Assembly (NCBI RefSeq): GCF_009914755.1
Contig: NC_060930.1
Length of the DNA stretch: 64,000 nucleotides
DNA from: the human T2T-CHM13v2.0 reference genome, Homo sapiens
Direction: 5' to 3' (one strand)
In this document: positions 57,150-64,000 of the stretch, piece after piece
Layout: the number at the start of each line of letters is the position of its first letter
Position numbering within the stretch: the first letter of the stretch is position 1
The notes under the pieces: model-generated
What the model was told of the DNA's origin: nothing
What the model saw: only the letters and a program-made list of their open reading frames with translations
The model's database searches: none
Position numbers and translations under genes: made by a program

Positions 57150-57581
57150 TACTACCAGTCCTAGGACTGTTTGCACATAGATCCATTTCCAAATTTCTTT
57201 GCAGAACTCTATATAACCTGGGGCATGGAAGTAGAAGACTAGCTCTTGAAATGGAGAGATGCCGCAACAAATTGAAGGGAAAAACCAGGGTATTTCTTCC
57301 CCTCCTTCTGCCTGGGGCACGTTTATGCCTCCTACATGGTTCTAATTCCCACCAGAGAGGTCCATCCTACTCCCAGCCTCTTTTGGAGTGATCTTGGCCT
57401 TGGAATATCAGGTAGTAGTGTCCCCTCCTTTGTCACTCTAGCATAAGTAATAGTTGTTGCTAATTTCTGGGATTACTTGAAGTTTCTTATATAACTCAGC
57501 TCAACACATCACCAGTGTAGCAATTCCCTGCACTTATTCCTCTGTGGTTTCTAATTTCCTAATCAGATCCTGACTGGCCCA
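57150..57581 (+). mobile_element. ERVL solo LTR, LTR41-like
   Basis: CCAGGGTATTTCTTCCCCTCC..CTCCTTTGTC..TGTTGCTAATTTCTGGG..CAATTCCCTG..GTGGTTTCT..CCTGACTG. Confidence 0.55.
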
Positions 57582-57789
57582 GTGATCTTCTTTATCCCTT
57601 TTTCTTCTTGTCTTTCATTTGATTGATTTAGAAAGTGCCTGATTAGCTTGCCTTATTTCACACATGCATACGTACATACTCATTCACTTCAGGTGCTATC
57701 TCCTGTTTGAAAGAAACAGACTCAGATTCCTATGGTCTAGAATAAATAGATCATGTGGTTTGATTCTGAAATGAATTTATCATCTAATG

Positions 57790-58009
57790 TGTTTGTTCTC
57801 AACTGGGGAATATTTTTTCTCACTCCTGCTTCTAGGGGCAATATGTGGGGATATTTTTTATTGTTACAAGAGGGACGGAGGTGTTACCGGCATCTAGTGA
57901 GTAGAGGCCAGGGTTGCTGCCAAACACCCTACAAATGCATAAGATAGTCCTCCTACAAGAAAAGAATTAGCCAGCCCAGAGTGTCAGTAATACTGTTTTT
58001 GAGAAACTG
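57790..58009 (+). mobile_element. MER20 (hAT-Charlie MITE)
   Basis: GGCATCTAGTGAGTAGAGGCCAGGG core; perfect 8-bp TSD ATCTAATG (57782-57789 / 58010-58017). Confidence 0.88.
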
Positions 58010-61000
58010 ATCTAATGACATAAAACCCAACATTTTGACACTGCTGGATGCTTTCTGTAGCTTTTGAACTCCTACAGCTCACAGAAAGATTTCTTAAGAT
58101 CTAAAGCTGTTGATGGTGATCACATTGTTAAGGTCTTGCCCATAGTCATTAATTGCTGTACACAATTCTAATTAATTCATTCGGATAAACTTGAGTTTCA
58201 CTACAGACTTATTTGTTGATATGCAAACAATTAAAACTCCTGGGAAGAGAAGGAAGTAAATTAGATACCTTGAATTTTCAGCTAGGGATCTGTGTGTCAA
58301 ATGTTTTCTTTTTAAATCCTATTGCTTGATTTTCCCAGCCCGTGCACCAAATGCTAGATTTTTCATAATATAGCTTTTTACAAAATGCAGTCTGGTTCTA
58401 TATGTTCTACTAGAATATCTATAACATTTTCCTTAACAAGCTGGAAGTTGGCTAGCTGGCCCTTGACTGCATTTTCTCTTCCCTGCTATGTTAAATCACC
58501 TGTGTTCATCTCCAGGACTGTGTTGCAATAACTGGGGTCTTGAGGTTGGATCCTCCTCAACTGTCTACTACCAGCTGGGAAGCCTTTGATGATCACTTTA
58601 CCAATAAAGATAACACTTTCCTCATGGGCTAAATGGGGGAAGTTGAGTTAGTTAAAAGCTATGTGATATATGTATATTACATATACATATATACAATACT
58701 TAAGTAACATTTTAAATATATTGTCTCTTTAGGGAGTAATATTTATACAAATGCAAGAAAAGTTTATATCCACACCTAGTTCATTGAATAATCAAGCCCT
58801 AATAAAGAGAAGGATAGCATGGAACGTTGCTGGACCCATGCTGCATCTTCCCAACCCTGTTAAAAGATGTATCAGACTGTCTCTGAGAAGTGAGAAAGGA
58901 TAAATTTGTCATAAAGACCCAAATCACTGTTACTCTCTTTCTGACACCTTAGAGTGAGAATGGACTTTTGCCACATTGCAGAGAATGAGCTGCAAAAAAA
59001 CACAGACTTCTACCGTTACCCAGGGATTTCTTCTCTGTCCACTAGAGGAAACAAAAAATATATATAAATCTAGTCCTATTCCTAAAAGAATAGCCAAAAG
59101 AGGTATGGGTGACTATGCTTGCACACATATAAAAAAGGAGCTAGATTTTTTTTAAGACCAACTTTCTCTTGGAATAAAAGTCTCAGAGAAACCTTTCTTT
59201 TACTGGCTGAAGCCTCTGAAAACAGCTGCTGACAGATGCCTCAAACTCCCTCAGCTACAGTCGCATAAGGAACCACCTTCCTTGATGCTTCCTCCACCTC
59301 CACTCCCTGCCTTCTGTGGGTCTTGTCTGTCTGTCTACTCTGGTAACAATCTCAATGGCTAGAGATTATATCTGAATTCTGCTCTTCTTGCAGCCTCCAC
59401 TACATTACCTGTTCTCCTTAAATGTTAAACTATAAACTAGTTAAAGGTGAAACTCTAACCCTTTTTGAAAAGTTGTAGCAGATTTTATTCCCAAGATATT
59501 TGTGCTTCAAAATGAAACTTTCCCTCTCAGTGCAGCTCTGTGAGCTGTGGTAGGGAGATTAGAACCAGTATCTAAGCAATCAGAAATCCTGAGATGATTC
59601 AAAGAAAATAAAAGGGAAAAAAAGAGAGGAAAAGTGTTAAATTTTTTGTAGTAGGTCATTGAGATAATTTGGTCCCTGTTGCCTTAAAAACGTCTAAGAC
59701 ACATTTTCCTCCCTGACTCTTCTTTCTTTTCCCTCTGCTCCTCCTTCACCACCCTACTCCATCTCTAAAGATGAAGGTTAATATTAAGCATCACATTAAT
59801 GGTTGTCAAATCAATCATGATTTCCTCTGAGTTATGTTACACAGAAGCAACATGCTTTATCAGAAATCAAAGAAAGGACAGTGCCAAAAGTGGATGAGCT
59901 AATGTAAAATCACTTACATGGGCACTCTAGAGACGGAAACCCGTTTAATACTTAATGTAGTCATTAACCTAAGAATGAGAAGGAGAGGGTAATGGATGGT
60001 CTACTCCCTTTGCCTACGGGACAGGGTACTGAAGTGAGCTGTCCCTTCTGGGATCAGATTCACCCACGTCTAAAATCCATAAAGTGGGTCACAGGTGAAG
60101 GGAATTGGAAAAGTCTCAAAATTCCCAGACATATTGTTCTAAGAGGACAGTTGTGCTCAGCAGACATGCCTGAAGTTCACCAACCTGCAGGAACCAGAAG
60201 CCACGTCAACTGAATTGCTCAATTAGTTTGTTATGGCAACAGACATGCTGTCCCCAATACATATGGTCAAACTGTAGCAAATAATCAATTATTGAAGGAA
60301 CCATCTCCAAGAAGCATTAATCCATCAGGATATTGAAGGGTTTGTTTTTGTCTCTATTTAGATTTGGTTATCATAGAAGGAATTGTCCACTTTGACAGCT
60401 ACCCAGAGTTGTCCCTGAGAGGCAGAATGTCAAAACCAATTTAGAATGAAAAGGGGGAAAAATACAGGCAAAGTCTGTAATAGTGAAGGCCATCTGATAA
60501 AGAACATTTTTTATATGTGATATTATGATGTTGTAGGGAACATTCTATTTATGCATCACAAATGCCAGCATATTCTCTACATGTACTTTTAAACAAGTTT
60601 ATTCTAAGCAAACGATGCTGCTACAATCACTTTGCTTAAGTTGCAGCATTACTTCATGATATGATACAACACACACTAAATCCACATTTATTGTTTTATT
60701 TAATTGTATTTTTTACCACATGTTATCTTTTTTGGTGTAAATTTCCAGAGGCCTCCAAGAATTCAACCTCACCAAGTAAGTCAGTTATGATATTTTCATG
60801 TACATGAAACACCTCCATCTCTACCAACTCAGCAACTACTCATTTTTTTTTCTTTTTCACAAGTTTAAATCTAAGCCCTTTGACCCTAGGGAATTTTTAA
60901 AATATTCCTTGATGAAAGTAAGTGATTTCTGAATCTAGGCAGAAGCTCCAGGTATGCTGTATATCAAAGACTTGATCAGTCGAACATACCTCCACAAACA

Positions 61001-62379
61001 GTACCAAGACTACTTGGCCAGGTACAGTAATTGTCCAGGTACTTATACCTAAAAAAACATTTTTAAATTAGGGACAATTTTTCCATATAGTTTTTAAAAC
61101 TAAACTTGTTCAAATAATATTTCACTTCATAAAAGTCAGTTTAGTTGAGAATACCAATTGTGGCAATAAACAATTATCATCTACTTTCAGTTGAAATCAG
61201 CAAGTAATTTTAAAGAAATAAAAAGTTTGGTGCTGGTTCATCTGTGTTATTTGAAAGAAGTGAGTTTATCGGAGCTTCTAATTCCAAATAAAGACTTCAA
61301 TTAAAAAATAGGATACCGTTAGTTGTATCAAAATTCCTCAGTAGAATTCACTCTTGCCTCACCTGAAAGCTTCTCTAGAGGAACATAAGAAATGATGCAG
61401 CAAGAAGACTCCCATTTTCCAAAAGTCCCCTTTAAAATATTTATGAATATAATTTTACCTACTTCACTTTCTCTCGCCTCTCTGAACAACTCAGATCCCT
61501 GTTCAAGATAAGAAGTGAAAGGGCACCTAGAAGGAAGAAAAACTCACTTCATCCCATTCATTTCATTACCACAGGCTTTAAAATGTTTCGTAGCCATTAA
61601 CCTAGATTTTCCACTTGTAGGAACTTATGCTCAAAAAACCATCAAACAATGCTCAAAGTTATATGTAAAAAGATGTTTATTACAGTACTGTTTATAATGA
61701 AGAAAAACTTGAAGCCAAGTAAATACTCAGTAACAAGTGTCTGCTTAAATGATATAATAGAGAAATAATATTATGAGGTCAATAAAATATATAAAAAGAA
61801 TATTTGATGTTGTATTACAGAAGCAATTCTCTGGGCCTAGAACAGACTCCTCCCCATTTTTCCTCACTCAAAGCATTGTGACCTGGCCACTTGATTCACA
61901 CCACAGAGCTGCAGAACGGATGAAGTGAAAAGCAGCAGTTACCTCAGACAGTGGTTGCAAAATGGGTCTAGACCAAATTGACTGGAAGTCTACAATAAGA
62001 AGCAATTAGACCACAAGAATCCTCCATTTTTCATGTTTATGTGACTACCTCTCTTTCTACCCTCCCTGATGATTTGCATTTTCTCTCTGGAAAGAGATTT
62101 TTGTGTTAAAGGTACCATCCTCAGCTATACTGAAGATATTATACTAAACACAGGTGGATTAAGGAAAGTGAGACATCAAACAGTGAGAAGCCTCATACAC
62201 CCTGTCAGATGAGTGGAAGATTTCTCTCTAAGGAAAAGAACAAACCCAGGAGAAAAGCCACACAAATTCTGATCCTCTAGGAAACCACACACACAAAAAA
62301 AAGTCTCATTTGGATCACTCATCTTACAGGAAAGTCTACCAATGGGCAGCCCTACCCACATAATTGTACAAATCAGCTT

Positions 62380-64000
62380 CTCAGCACTATAATCTTAAAA
62401 ATAAAGCGATAGCCAAGCTCATCAGCAATTTGGAGAAATTTAAAGTTGAACAAGTTTTAAAAAAACACATAAGGGCCAGGTGTGGTGGCTTATGCCTGTA
62501 ATCCCAGCACTTTGGGAGGCCGAGTTGGGTGGATCACCTGAGGTCGGGAGTTCAAGACCAGCCTGACCAACATGGAGAAACCCCCTCTCTACTAAAAGTA
62601 CAGAATTAGCCGGGTGTGGCGGCTCATGCCTGTAATCCCAGCTATTCTGGAGGCTGAGGCAGGAGAATAGCTTGAACGCGGGAGGTAGAGGGAGGTAGAG
62701 GTTGCGGTGAGCCGAGATCATGCCATTGCACTCCAGAGTCTGGGCAACAAGAGAAAGACTCCATCTCAAAAAATAAATAAATAAAATAGGAAAAAAATTC
62801 AAAGAAACAGGAGAAATTCCAAGGAAGAAAATAAAACTATTTTTAAAACTATAAGAATAACCTCAGAGAGATAATAGAAAATATTTCATTCATAAAACAA
62901 AAACATAAGTATATCAAAGATAAACATTCAGAGAACACGAAAGAACTCTTAAAAATTAAAAATAAAACAATTTTTTAAAATGAATTATACAAATTAAAGA
63001 TAAGGAAATCTCACAAAGAAGAAAGAACAAACATAAGAAACTAGAGGATTAAGTTAAGAAATCAAACACGCAATTAATAGGAGTTCAAGAAACAAAGATG
63101 AAAGAAAACTTAATAAAGAAAATTATCCAAAAAAATTAACTTTACTGAATTGAGTACTATGCCTATCAAATTCCCAGTATAATGGATGAAATGGGATAAC
63201 ACTAAAATACATTTTCCTAAAATTTCATAGCAATGGGGACAAAAAGAAGCTTCTAAATACTTCCAGAGGGGAGGAAATGAGTTTACAAGACAAGGATACT
63301 GTTTCTCAATGACAATTGTAGAAGCTAATAAGCAATAGAGGAATACCTTCAAAAATCTAATTTCTAAAATTTCTTCCAATTTAAAATGTAATATATAACC
63401 TATCATCAAGTAGAAAAGGGGAGAACAAAATATTTTCAAATAATCAATTTGAAAAATGTACTTCCCATGCATCCTTTCTAAGGAATCTAGTGGAAGAACT
63501 GCTCCAACAAAAGGAAAGAGTAAAATAATAAAAAAATAAAACATGGGATGCAAGAATCAGGAGTTTCAACACAAGAGAGAAGATATGAGAGTCCCACATG
63601 ATAACAGATGGACATTGCTACATGGCATCCGTGTTGCAAGCCTCAATAGAAACCAGTCCAAACTGGAACAAGAGTAAACAAGATTCTGACAGAATATTTC
63701 TTAGAAAAAAAAGAAATGATCATCTGGATAATTGGTGGTATTTGTAGGGACCTTCAGTTCTACCATAGAATTTGAGGATGAAATGGTGGTACCCAGAAAA
63801 CCAAGCTGAGCATTTTTTATGTGGAAGGAAATTACTGACTTCTGGAAAAACAAAAGTGTTTTGTAGGATAGTAAATGTAACCCTAGTGTAATATGTGGCT
63901 CAGTTGTAAAAAAAAAAAAAAAAAAAAAAAAGTTTATATTGCCATAATACAGTAATGAATTTATTACATAATTCTACTGAGTATGAATTAATAAAAGTTG
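62380..64000 (+). mobile_element. HAL1 (half-L1, ORF1-only LINE) remnant, interrupted by Alu
   Basis: A-rich ORF1-like decay followed by CTTCCCATGCATCCTTTCT..AACATGGGATGCAAGAATCAGG..CAACACAAGAGAGA..AACCAGTCCAAACTGGAAC, typical of HAL1. Confidence 0.6.
62474..62788 (+). mobile_element. Alu SINE, AluSp
   Basis: GAGGTCGGGAGTTCAAGACCAGCCTGACCAACATGGAGAAACC; internal 10-bp duplication GGGAGGTAGA. Confidence 0.95.

Overview
Hominoid genomic DNA (human or great ape: it carries an SVA, AluY copies and LTR12 elements), AT-rich and dominated by transposable elements. I find no credible protein-coding gene, RNA gene or CRISPR array; essentially every ORF in the supplied track comes from Alu, L1, LTR12, SVA or simple-repeat sequence, or is a short chance ORF. 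The main contents are: 11 Alu/FLAM copies, all on the + strand; a 5'-truncated SVA inside an MLT1 LTR; two solo LTR12 (ERV9) elements facing away from each other (22849-24674 minus, 44547-46139 plus); a full-length dead L1PA7/8-like element (about 41525-49631) that hosts the second LTR12; several older L1, HAL1, L2, CR1 and MIR fragments; MaLR, ERVL and ERV1 solo LTRs; and Tigger2, Charlie1 and MER20 DNA transposons. I did not find a new biological system. The most notable observations are the strong strand bias of retro-insertions (suggesting an intron of a minus-strand transcription unit), the two NF-Y-array LTR12 promoters, a ~135-bp non-tandem templated insertion bounded by a 13-bp direct repeat, an ultra-short polyadenylated insert within an L1, and a 341-nt pure-purine tract grown from an Alu tail. 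Subfamily names come from my memory of consensus sequences and need RepeatMasker/Dfam confirmation; boundaries of old repeats are approximate.
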